Shown here: in pieces, positions 1-8,730 of the stretch
How the letters are laid out: each line of letters begins with the position of its first letter
Numbering within the stretch: position 1 is the stretch's first letter
DNA from: an uncultured delta proteobacterium
GTDB lineage: Bacteria; Myxococcota_A; UBA9160; SMWR01
Direction of reading: 5' to 3'
DNA: 64,000 nucleotides
NCBI GenBank assembly: GCA_963832165.1
Contig: CAWHTE010000011.1
Span: forward strand, 736,001-800,000
Program-made: the position numbers and the translations under genes
The notes under the pieces: generated by a model
Seen by the model: the letters and a program-made list of their open reading frames with translations, nothing else
The model's database searches: none
Told to the model about the DNA's origin: nothing

Positions 1-776
1 CGCAGCTCTTCCAGTAGCCACGGGCGCGTTGCGAGGTTGTAGACGGCCGTGCTGAGAGCGGCCTGTGTGGTGCCGAGGCCCGCCGGGAGCAGGAACATCA
101 ACAGGCCATAAATCTCGTCCACGCTGAGCCGGTCGCCCTCGCTCGAACGCGCCTGCACGATCTGACTGACGAAGCTCTCGTCGGGCTCTGCAGTGACGCG
201 CTCGACGACCACGCGCACCAGCTTCTTGAGTTCGTGCTGCGCGGCCATCGATCGCTCGAGACGGCTCGGATCGCCGGCCGCCTGCACCGGGTCCGCCGCC
301 GCCTGCTCGAGGAAGAGATGCGCGAGTCGCACCTCGTCATCGATCTCCAGGCCTAGAAGGCGCGCGATGGTCCAGAAAGGCACCTTGCGGCAGAACGTCT
401 CCATCAGATCGGTGCGGCCGAGACCGGCAATCGCGTCGATCTGCTGATCGATGATCGCGATCAGCTCGCGCTCGACGAACGCCGCGAGCACCTTCGGCTT
501 GAATGCGGGTTGGACCAATCCGCGGTTGCGGCGGTGCTCGTCACCGTCGAGTTGCATCATGTTGAGCCCGTCGATCGACTCGCGCATCTGTCGGATCAGG
601 CGGGTGCTGAAGATCTCGTAGTCGCGCACGCGGGAGACGTCTTCGTAACGCGTGAGAAGGTAGGCGGGGAAGTCGACTGCCTGAGGGACCGGCTCGTGCT
701 CCCGGTAGTGAGCCAGGATGGCGATCGGATCGCTCATCATCTCCGGCGACAGGATTTCGAGCTTCGGTGCGTGCAT
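1..776 (-). CDS. Cytochrome P450, 5' part; runs off the window start
   Basis: Manual translation (not in ORF track): MHAPKLEILSPEMMSDP...YLLTRYEDV...MMQLDGDEHRRNRGLVQPAFKPK...LSVDEIYGLLMFLLPAGLGTTQAALSTAVYNL, typical bacterial P450 motifs including the I-helix. Confidence 0.9.
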   Translation of the reverse strand, partial: MHAPKLEILSPEMMSDPIAILAHYREHEPVPQAVDFPAYLLTRYEDVSRVRDYEIFSTRLIRQMRESIDGLNMMQLDGDEHRRNRGLVQPAFKPKVLAAFVERELIAIIDQQIDAIAGLGRTDLMETFCRKVPFWTIARLLGLEIDDEVRLAHLFLEQAAADPVQAAGDPSRLERSMAAQHELKKLVRVVVERVTAEPDESFVSQIVQARSSEGDRLSVDEIYGLLMFLLPAGLGTTQAALSTAVYNLATRPWLLEEL

Positions 777-1029
777 GGAAGAACCTCCGGCGCTGGGCAA
801 CCCTGCCGCAGGAGCGGTTCGGCGAACCCGACTCATTATTACAGTAACACGAGAGCACGTAAAGAATCGAGCCGGAAACGGCGGAGGGGAACGACGTATC
901 GACGCCCGCCGACCGCAAGATGGTTGGAGACGATCGACTCGGCGGCGAGCTCGGGCGGCGCGCCCGTCACGTAGTCGAGCGGGCGCGCACTGCGGATCGA
1001 GGTCCTCGAGGTTCGGCCTGCGCGACCCA

Positions 1030-1935
1030 GCGCTCGGAGATCGACGACACCACCGGCGGCGGAGTCAACTCGGCCGGCACTGCTTATGCGGCCGAGCAGA
1101 AATGGGTGTTCTTCGCGGTCAGCTACGACGGCAATACGACCACCAACAACGTGAAGTTTTATCGGGGCTACCGAAACGACGCGGAAGCGGGCGGCGGCCC
1201 GGGCTCGGCGGACGTGGCCCTCGTGACCACGACCTCGCTCAACCGGGGCCCGGTCGACGGCGAGAGCGTGGGGTTGAGCGTCGGCAACCGTCCGGCGGGG
1301 GATCGTCCGTTCGACGGCCAGCTGGACGAGATCCGCATCGACGCCGCGCTGCTCGACGCGGCGACGCTCGAGACCGTGCGCGAAGGTGCGCTCGTGGATC
1401 CATCGCCGAGCGGATTGGTTCTCGTCGATACGAACAACGTCGGCACGCAGGTCCTGGATCAGAACGCCGCGACGGTCACGGTGGACGAGCTGAGTGGCGT
1501 CACCTACGACCCGGATCAAGACGTGTTCTGGGCGATCGGGGACAGTGGTGGGCGGCTGCTCAAGATCGAAGCCGACTTCGATTGCGATGGCTTCATCGTC
1601 AATGCCACTGCCGTCTCGGCCGTGACGCTCGCCGACAACCTGGACTTCGAGGGTGTGGCATTCAGCGGTGCCGGCTCGAACCGCGCCTTCATCTGCGACG
1701 AGGGGACCAGCTCGCTGAGCGAGTACGCGCTTTCCGACGGCACCTTCGTCCAGGGCGCGACCGTTCCCGCCGTGTTCGACAACGCGCGATTCAATCGCAG
1801 CTTCGAGGGGCTCGCGCGATCGTCGAGTGGCGAGATGATCGTCGGCGTCGAGCAGGCGTTGACCGTCGACGGCCCGGCCGGGACCTCGAGCACGGTACCG
1901 ACGATCTCCCGCTGGCAGCGCTACGACGCCGCGCT
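1030..1935 (+). pseudogene. Fragment of a secreted protein: LamG/ConA-like C-terminal part plus partial SdiA-regulated/phytase-like beta-propeller
   Basis: Within ORF 920-2200: WVFFAVSYDG...GNRPAGDRPFDGQLDEIRI (LamG-like), then ELSGVTYD, DFEGVAF, SFEGLA repeats; no signal peptide; both ends of the ORF look non-homologous. Confidence 0.6.
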
Positions 1936-2028
1936 GGGTCTCGATTGGCCGGACGAAGAGGGAAAGCCCGACAAACGCCTGCTGTTCAAGTGGCAAGCGG
2001 GAAGCTCGCTAGAGCGCGCCACGGTCGC

Positions 2029-2139
2029 TCGTCTGGGCGCTTGGAGGGAGGGGACGCCTGGTGGAGCGCTCCTCCCCTACGGCTTCGTCTGGGCGCTTGG
2101 AGGGAGGGGACGCCTGGTGGAGCGCTCCTCCCCTACGGC
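2029..2139. repeat. Perfect tandem duplication, 55-bp unit with 56-bp period
   Basis: TCGTCTGGGCGCTTGGAGGGAGGGGACGCCTGGTGGAGCGCTCCTCCCCTACGGC at 2029-2083 and 2085-2139. Confidence 0.95.
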
Positions 2140-2210
2140 ACGCCGCCCCGCGCCCAAGTACTGCCGACGTCTCCGCATTGGGTTTATCTTGGCGGATTGA
2201 ACAATTGAAT

Positions 2211-2338
2211 AGACGTTATAATTACGTCGAGCGGGAGAAGCAGAGCGCTGATCGGAAGCTTGCTCCAGACGAGTAACCTTACGTTTGTTTAATTAAAGTA
2301 GCCGCGCTTAATCTTTATTTTAGACGGTATTATTACGT
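2211..2338. repeat. Three phased semi-palindromic direct repeats AGACG-N6/7-TTACGT
   Basis: 2211-2227, 2267-2284, 2322-2338; unique 39- and 37-nt intervals. Confidence 0.7.
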
Positions 2339-2922
2339 AGGAATGGATGCACTGGAATTCCTGGCCTCGAAGGGATAATCACTTAGGGGAGATAGCTGGC
2401 GTTAGGGTAGCCTCCATTCGCCAGGATAAACAAAAACAATGGCATTCCGAGTCAACCTCGGGGCGAAGGAAGTTTAGTTACTTGGACGGACAGAAATCCG
2501 TCACTGTACTGAGTACAGGAGTAGCGCTGAAGAAGACGAAGGAGAAGACGTAGAAAAAGACAGACTCCTTTCAGGGAAAAGGAGGTACGTGCGCGTTCGT
2601 AGCCCAGTTGATAGTGCTGATTTAAAGTTGCGCGAGAACCGAGGGCTGCGAGGATGTTACAGTGCTTGATAAATCACATCTGTATATCTAGTGACGATGC
2701 AATGCGGAAAAGCGCCTCAAACGCATCCATAGCTTTCAACAAAACAGGCTGGTCCTGAATGCTATTAGTGTGTCCGAATTCAGTCTAATCAATTGGCTAG
2801 ACACTGGTTCGATGCGATCTCTAGGTAAGATCCTGGGTTGACGGGCTTTCCAGGGGAAGAAGAAGACGTATTAATAGATATAGGGGTTTAGGAGAGTGTG
2901 AGAGGAAAAGGGGGTATGGGAA

Positions 2923-3222
2923 ATGAAAAAGACAGGTCGAAAGAAAACTGGCGAGAACAAAGGCAAGCTTCTATCAGCTTCCAAGGTAGAGCGCATCCTC
3001 AGCGATATGAAAGTGGACGTAGCGGCTTTCAAGAAGCGCTACGAAGAGGACACCTCCCGAGGCGGACGCCTCCGCACACCTACTCCCAAGCAGATCGCTG
3101 CGGTAGAGCAGTTCCAGAAGACCGGCGACTTGGAGAAACTCAAGGCGGCCCTCAACACCAAGAATCTGCAGACGGCCTATGCCGCTGTGGCACGGGTGAC
3201 GGGCTGGAAAGCTAAGCAATGA
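2923..3222 (+). CDS. Small basic (Lys-rich) hypothetical protein, 99 aa
   Basis: Clean ORF with purine-rich upstream sequence and protein-like composition, in an AT-richer island. Confidence 0.75.
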   Translation: MKKTGRKKTGENKGKLLSASKVERILSDMKVDVAAFKKRYEEDTSRGGRLRTPTPKQIAAVEQFQKTGDLEKLKAALNTKNLQTAYAAVARVTGWKAKQ

Positions 3223-3330
3223 GCCACTACCGCAGCCGCCAACGGGCAGGGGGCTATATAACCAGGCTGCACGAAATCCGTTCGGGGGCCTCCCAAAACA
3301 GTCCGAATGCAATCAATGGAGGGCAAAAGA

Positions 3331-3684
3331 ATGCCAAGAACAAGAACAACAACTGAATCAATTCCAGAACCGAACTCGACGACATCCGACCTAGAGGCCG
3401 GATCGTCGAAGAAAATCTCCAATATCGCTCCAGTAAGCGATTTCCAGCCTCTAGAAGGCACGCGACCAGACACCCAAAGGCGATAGGAGAAGCTCGCTAA
3501 GGGGTCTGGTCGCAATCCGCTCGATGCGATCAAACTGAAGTGCATCGAATGTTGCGGCTGGGACTTTGTCGAAGCGAAAAGATGCGACATCAAGTGCTGC
3601 CCTTTGTGGTCTATGAATCGCCGGATCTTCCAAGCGGAAGGAAGACCGAAGCGGTCATCCGCAGTCGGGAAGCGTGAGGGATGA
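3331..3684 (+). pseudogene. Phage-type Cys-rich putative Zn-binding protein with one in-frame TAG (3484-3486)
   Basis: GGAGGG RBS at 3318 and ATG 3331; after the TAG the frame reads EKLAKGSGRNPLDAIKLKCIECCGWDFVEAKRCDIKCCPLWSMNRR to TGA 3682-3684. Confidence 0.6.
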
Positions 3685-3815
3685 GGGCTCCGCCACCATC
3701 ATCGCGTCGCCCTGAGGAGCAGCTCGGCAACCTAAACGAGATCCCCGGTCTTTTCGATTCGGCTGTTCTGAACGCCGTGTTCGGCTCGCGCAACGATCAT
3801 GGTATGGTGATCGAG

Positions 3816-5049
3816 ATGGCCCAGAAGGTTTCCATCGGGAAGGTTGTCCGCTTCCGCGATCGGTGGCGAATCGACCTGGGCCGGCGGATCGAGCGCGCGG
3901 TCGGCGCTCGATTCATCTACGGCTGGGGGAGCACGACTTCCTTCAAAGACAAGCAGGTCGCGGATCTGGTCCTGCTTCGGATAAAGGCCGAGATCGCGAA
4001 GGGTGGTCGGAAACCTGAGGATGTAGTCCTCGACTTCCTTCCGGCCGGCAAGCACAGCCAGGTGCTCCCGCGCATGAAGAAGTGGCTGGAGCATCTCAAG
4101 AGGCAGGTCGAGAGCGGAGATCGCTCAGGAAACTACACGCGCGACATCGAGCGCTGGCTGGGCGATGGCGAAGGTGCCTACTTCCAATGGTGGAAGGGCA
4201 GGTCGCTGTATGCAGTCGATGAGGCCACGGTCGAGGACTTCGGCGATTGGCTCGCGGAGCAGACGATCGGAGGCGGGATCGCGAAAGGGTCAACCCCTCG
4301 CTGGGAAGACGCGGCGCAACATCATGGCCGCGTTCCACAGCTTCTACGGATGGGCCTGTCGGCGCGACAAGAGGGTCCGGCGACTGGACTGGTTCCCCTG
4401 GCCCGAGGCTGACGAGCCGGACATCCAGACGATCACGGTGGAGGAACAGGACGCGATCCTGGCCGCGATCCCCGAGCGCAAGCGTGGCGTCTTCCTGGCG
4501 ATGCGTCTAGGTGCTCCCCGCCCGAACATGGCGGTAGAGATCCAGGCTAGGGACTACGACCGGAAGACCGGGCTCATCAGCCTGGCTCGTGCGCGAAAGG
4601 GACGGCGCGCGAACTCGCCGGTAGGCAGCACCAAGACGCGGGTGGCGTGGAGCATTCCCGTGGACGAGGAGCTAGCCGACTGGATCGAGAAGCACGTCCC
4701 GAAAGAGGCGTTTCTCCAGGGCCGGCTGCTCTTCGAGAATCCCGACGCAACCAACCCGAGGCGGGCGTGGACGGAATCTCGGCTGCGCACGATTTGGCAG
4801 GAGGCATCCAAGGAAGCAATCGGGCGCAGCGTCCCGATCTACTCCTCGACGAAGCACGTCTTCGCGACGAACGTCATCGCGTCAGGCGGGGCGGAGGGCG
4901 ACTTGATGCAATACCTCGGGCACCGCGACATCCGCTCCACCCGCCGCTACGTGCGCGCAGCTCAGCAGCGCTATGGAAACGTCCAGGCGTTGGGACTCGC
5001 ACGGCGGAAGAAGATCAGCACTGGCGAAGGACAGAGCGACGCGCGCTAG
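3816..5049 (+). CDS. Tyrosine recombinase/phage integrase, frameshifted near 4275
   Basis: ORF 3681-4412 gives the N-terminal/core-binding part; ORF 4165-5049 gives KTRRNIMAAFHSFYGW, GAPRPNM (R), STKT (K), YSSTKH, YLGHRDIRSTRRY (H, Y). Confidence 0.9.
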
Positions 5050-5123
5050 TGTTGCACACCGCGCGCACACCAAAGTTGTCTCGCCTAACTCAGCGAATCA
5101 GCTAGGGTTTGGGGAATTCAACG

Positions 5124-5151
5124 GCGGGTTCGATTCCCGCCGCCTCCACCA
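5124..5151 (+). mobile_element. Copy of the tmRNA (ssrA) 3' end, probable attR of an integrated element
   Basis: GCGGGTTCGATTCCCGCCGCCTCCACCA: T-arm plus acceptor 3' strand ending CCA, 75 bp after the integrase; no 5' part of the RNA gene upstream. Confidence 0.8.
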
Positions 5152-5180
5152 CATTCCAGACGGGTACGCGCAGCGTAGAG

Positions 5181-5206
5181 AGTTACATTGTAACCGCAAT
5201 GTAACT
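5181..5206. promoter_or_regulatory. Perfect 10-bp inverted repeat, probable operator of the 5239 gene
   Basis: AGTTACATTG-TAACCG-CAATGTAACT, 32 bp upstream of ATG 5239. Confidence 0.6.
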
Positions 5207-5238
5207 GCGTTAGCCTCCTGCACCACAGGAGTGAACGC

Positions 5239-6534
5239 ATGACGTCGCTGCTTCCCTCTTATTCCGGCTCGTTCGATCCCGATGTCTCGCTCGCGTCGTT
5301 CTCGCGCCAGATGCTCGCCACGCTCGGGCGCGAGTATCTGCTGAACGGCCACCTGCAAGACCGCGTGGGCATGCCGAAGGTGGTGATCCGGCACGGTCTC
5401 GATCCGCAGACGCAGATCGCGATCGAGGAGTGGATGGCGTCGAGCCCGATCTACTCGAAGCGCACGCAGCGCGCGTTGAACTTCGAAGGCCACGACGTGT
5501 CGACCGTGTTCAAGAATCTGCAGTTCGACATCGGTGCGCCGCACCAGTTCATGGACTTCCAGTTCCGCCTCGACCGCCCCGAGTACGGCGAGTTCTGGCT
5601 CTCGCACTGCGGCGCGCTCATGGACGTGGAGCCGTACGGCGAAGAGCGCGTGCGGCACATGTGCCACGACATCGAAGATCCGACCTTCGATGCCACCGCC
5701 GCTGCGACGCATCCGTGCATGAAGATGCGCGCGATCCACCGACCGCCGCGCGAGCCCTCGCACCGCTACCCGCACTGCCGCTGGGCCGTGTTCATCGACG
5801 GGGAGGGCACCGCGTTCGAGCAGCACCCGAATCTCGCGATCGTGCAGGGCTCGAAGGCCGCGAACGTGCCGGTCGACGTGCCCGCGCGCGACGGCGAGCC
5901 CGGCGGCTGGGCCGATTACTCGGGTCCGTTCGATCCCGGCTTCCAGCTCGAGGACCTCTCGCACCGCGCGCTCGTGATCGCGAACCAGGAGTTCGCGCTG
6001 CAGAGCCATCTGCTCGCTCGCGGCTTCATCCTCTGCTGCGCGCAGCGCTTCGGCGAAGACGCCGCGGCCGAGCTCGCGGAGGGGCAGTGGACGGGGATCG
6101 CCGCTCTGACCGCGGGTCGTCTGCGCGAGCCGCTCGGCATCACCGGCGACGACATCGAGGCGGTCGCGAAAGTCTTCCAGATGCACCCGTGCTTCTTCCC
6201 GCGCACATACGTCGATTTCTCCGTCGAGCTCACGGGCCCGCACAGCGCGCGGATCGCGATCGGCGACTGCCCTGCGCTCGAGGAGGGCGATGCGTACTCG
6301 TGGTTCGCGGGCCTGCGCGCGGCGCCGCATCGCGCGCTCGACGCGATCGCGGGCGCGGTGAACCCGCGCGCGCGCTGCCACCCCGTGGCGAACTCCAATG
6401 ACGCTCGGCTCGCGTGGGACGTCGTGATCGATCCGGACGCTGCGCCGCAGCAGGAGCCCGCCGAGCTCAAGCTCGCAAGGCTCTCGAAGGGCGCGACGTT
6501 CCGGCTCGAGCAGCGCCGGACGCTCCGGAACTAG
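5239..6534 (+). CDS. Conserved hypothetical protein with an internal two-fold repeat
   Basis: AGGAG RBS, host-like codon usage; YSGSFDPDVSLASFSR...EYLLNGHL repeated as YSGPFDPGFQLEDLSH...EFALQSHL. Confidence 0.85.
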   Translation: MTSLLPSYSGSFDPDVSLASFSRQMLATLGREYLLNGHLQDRVGMPKVVIRHGLDPQTQIAIEEWMASSPIYSKRTQRALNFEGHDVSTVFKNLQFDIGAPHQFMDFQFRLDRPEYGEFWLSHCGALMDVEPYGEERVRHMCHDIEDPTFDATAAATHPCMKMRAIHRPPREPSHRYPHCRWAVFIDGEGTAFEQHPNLAIVQGSKAANVPVDVPARDGEPGGWADYSGPFDPGFQLEDLSHRALVIANQEFALQSHLLARGFILCCAQRFGEDAAAELAEGQWTGIAALTAGRLREPLGITGDDIEAVAKVFQMHPCFFPRTYVDFSVELTGPHSARIAIGDCPALEEGDAYSWFAGLRAAPHRALDAIAGAVNPRARCHPVANSNDARLAWDVVIDPDAAPQQEPAELKLARLSKGATFRLEQRRTLRN

Positions 6535-6554
6535 GCGGATCGGGAGGCGACGTC

Positions 6555-6977
6555 ATGACATTCCAGCCGATCGACCGCGACATCCGAGCGGACGTCGCCG
6601 AGCTGCTCGTGCGCTACGCGACGGCCATCGATCAGCGCGACTGGGCGCTCTTCCGCACCTGCTTCACGGTGGATTGTCACGCCGACTACGGCGCGATCGG
6701 CGTGTGGGAAGGCGTCGATACCATCACGGAGTTCATGACCAGGGCCGCTTCGCTGGGCCACACGCTCCATCGGATCAGCAACCAGGCGGTCGCACAGAAC
6801 GGCGCGGGCGTCACGTCGCGGGCCTACGTCGATCTCGTCGCTATGGCTCCCGACGGCCAGCGCGGCATTCACGCGGTCGGCTTCTACGACGACGAGCTCG
6901 TGCACACCGACGAGGGGTGGAAGATCGCGCGGCGCCGCTTCACGCAGGTCCGCCTGTCCACGATCGGCGCGAGCTGA
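6555..6977 (+). CDS. NTF2/SnoaL-like family protein
   Basis: LLVRYATAIDQRDWALFRTCFT...TLHRISN...GFYDDELVHTDEGWKIARR. Confidence 0.9.
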   Translation: MTFQPIDRDIRADVAELLVRYATAIDQRDWALFRTCFTVDCHADYGAIGVWEGVDTITEFMTRAASLGHTLHRISNQAVAQNGAGVTSRAYVDLVAMAPDGQRGIHAVGFYDDELVHTDEGWKIARRRFTQVRLSTIGAS

Positions 6978-7045
6978 AGCGGATCGGCTGGGGCTTGACG
7001 TCCGGCCCCGTTATCGGCGATACCTGTCTGGGGGGAGGCCGGGAC

Positions 7046-8191
7046 ATGGGCCATCTCCGACGATCTGCTCTCGAGCGGCTTCTGAATTGCGCGGCGGGGA
7101 TTCTCTTCGCCGTTGCCGCCGTATTGCCGGACGTGGCGAGCGCCCAGAAGAGCCCTGCGGCGTCCACCCAGAGCTATGTGCTCGTCGCGGGCAGCACCTT
7201 CCAGCGCGGGTGCTTCGAGCCCTGCATGTGTCCGATCAGCCAGGAGCAGCCGCTGGTCGGCACGTTCTCGCTCTCGTTCCGCTCCGACAACGGCCTGTTC
7301 GCCGAGTACGACCTGCACGACGTGCGCTGGAAGGTGGAGGGTGGCGTGTACGCGACGCCGCCCGACGCCGCGATCACGGGCGCTGGCTCCTACACGATCG
7401 GCGGCGAAGTCGCGCTCCAGCAGCGGATGCAGGCGGAGTTGAAGGTGGGCGACGAGGCGTCGGCGCCGTTCGACAGCGGGCTCGTCGCGGGCGGTGCCGG
7501 GTTCCCGGACCAGATCGACATCGAGATCTCGAAGAACGGCAAATACTGCTTCGACACGGTGCTGCACGTGGTAGCGAAGGCGCAGCCCGTGAAGGTGTGC
7601 GGCGGCATCGCGGGCATTCCCTGCGACGCGGGCGAGTTCTGCAAGACCCAGGTCGGCGAGTGCTGCTGCGACTTCCAGGGCATCTGCACGTCGATCCCCG
7701 ACGCGTGCATCGCGCAGTGGGATCCCGTGTGCGGGTGCGACGGCCTCACGTACGGGAACGAGTGCGAGGCCGACCGCGCGGGCGTCTCGATCGACCACCG
7801 CGGTGCTTGCGGAGGAGACGCGGACGGCGACGGCCTTCCCGATCAGAGCGACAACTGCCCGCACCGCGCGAATGCGGGCCAGGCGGACTCCGGTGGCATC
7901 GGCACCAACACCCCCGACGGGATCGGCAACGCGTGTCAATGCGGAGACGTGACGGGCGACGGCCGCGTGGTCACCCAGGACGCGCATGTGGTGAAGCGAT
8001 TCGGCCTCGGCGACGTGAGCCCGCTCTTCACGGAGCCCGGCAACTGCGACGTCACGGGCAACGGCTCGTGCAACGGTCAGGACGCCAAGATGATCCAGCG
8101 GGCCGTGCAGGGGGCCTCGAGCGTGGTCCCCGCGCAGAAGTGCCAGAACGCGAATCCCGCCGCACCGGTGTGCCTGAACTGCACTCCGTAG
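7046..8191 (+). CDS. Secreted Cys-rich protein with Kazal domain, thrombospondin type-3-like repeat and dockerin-like motifs
   Basis: Signal peptide; CIAQWDPVCGCDGLTYGNECEA; DADGDGLPDQSDNCPHRAN; CGDVTGDGRV and CDVTGNGSCNGQDA. Confidence 0.85.
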   Translation: MGHLRRSALERLLNCAAGILFAVAAVLPDVASAQKSPAASTQSYVLVAGSTFQRGCFEPCMCPISQEQPLVGTFSLSFRSDNGLFAEYDLHDVRWKVEGGVYATPPDAAITGAGSYTIGGEVALQQRMQAELKVGDEASAPFDSGLVAGGAGFPDQIDIEISKNGKYCFDTVLHVVAKAQPVKVCGGIAGIPCDAGEFCKTQVGECCCDFQGICTSIPDACIAQWDPVCGCDGLTYGNECEADRAGVSIDHRGACGGDADGDGLPDQSDNCPHRANAGQADSGGIGTNTPDGIGNACQCGDVTGDGRVVTQDAHVVKRFGLGDVSPLFTEPGNCDVTGNGSCNGQDAKMIQRAVQGASSVVPAQKCQNANPAAPVCLNCTP

Positions 8192-8253
8192 CCGCGCGCC
8201 CCCCTGTCGAAATCGCGCCAGCTCGCCCGTCATCACGAGCAGGAGGAGCGCTC

Positions 8254-8730
8254 ATGAACACCAGGATCACCCGCTTTCTCTGGTTCGATCACGAGGCGGA
8301 GCAGGCCGCCAAGTTCTACACGTCGATCTTCGCGAACTCGAAGATCGAGAAGGTCGTGCGCAACAGCGAAGCGGCTCCGGGGCCGACGGGCGGCGTGATG
8401 ACCGTGCAGTTCTCGCTCGACGGTCAGGATCTCACGGCCCTGAACGGCGGCCCGCACTTCAAGTTCAACGAGGCGATCTCGTTCGTCGTGCACTGCGAGA
8501 CGCAGAAAGAGGTGGACTACTACTGGGACAAGCTGCTCGCGGGCGGTACGCCGTCGCAGTGCGGCTGGCTCAAGGACCAGTTCGGGCTGTCGTGGCAGAT
8601 CGTGCCCACGATCCTCCCCGAGCTGCTCGGAAGCAAGGACGCGGGCAAGGCGCAGCGCGTGACTCAGGCGATGATGAAGATGGTCAAGCTCGACATCGAG
8701 GGGCTCACGAAGGCGGCCGAGCAGGCGTAA
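8254..8730 (+). CDS. VOC family (PhnB-like) protein
   Basis: ITRFLWFDHEAEQAAKFYTSIF, ALNGGPHFKFNEAISF, CGWLKDQFGLSWQIVP; GGAGG RBS. Confidence 0.95.
   Translation: MNTRITRFLWFDHEAEQAAKFYTSIFANSKIEKVVRNSEAAPGPTGGVMTVQFSLDGQDLTALNGGPHFKFNEAISFVVHCETQKEVDYYWDKLLAGGTPSQCGWLKDQFGLSWQIVPTILPELLGSKDAGKAQRVTQAMMKMVKLDIEGLTKAAEQA

Noticed and set aside
2029..2338. Canonical CRISPR array
   Set aside because: The tandem units have no spacer; the phased repeats are only 17-18 bp with variable cores; no cas genes in the window
2347..2553. 68-aa ORF in the AT-rich tract
   Set aside because: No recognisable motif or clear RBS
2439..3684. Alternative genetic code (TAG reassigned) in the island
   Set aside because: Only two cases, one in a doubtful ORF; the integrase itself ends in TAG; mutation or error is simpler
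5075..5151. Complete tRNA or tmRNA gene
   Set aside because: Only the T-arm and 3' acceptor strand are present; no matching 5' acceptor strand, D-arm or anticodon arm, and the integrase lies directly upstream
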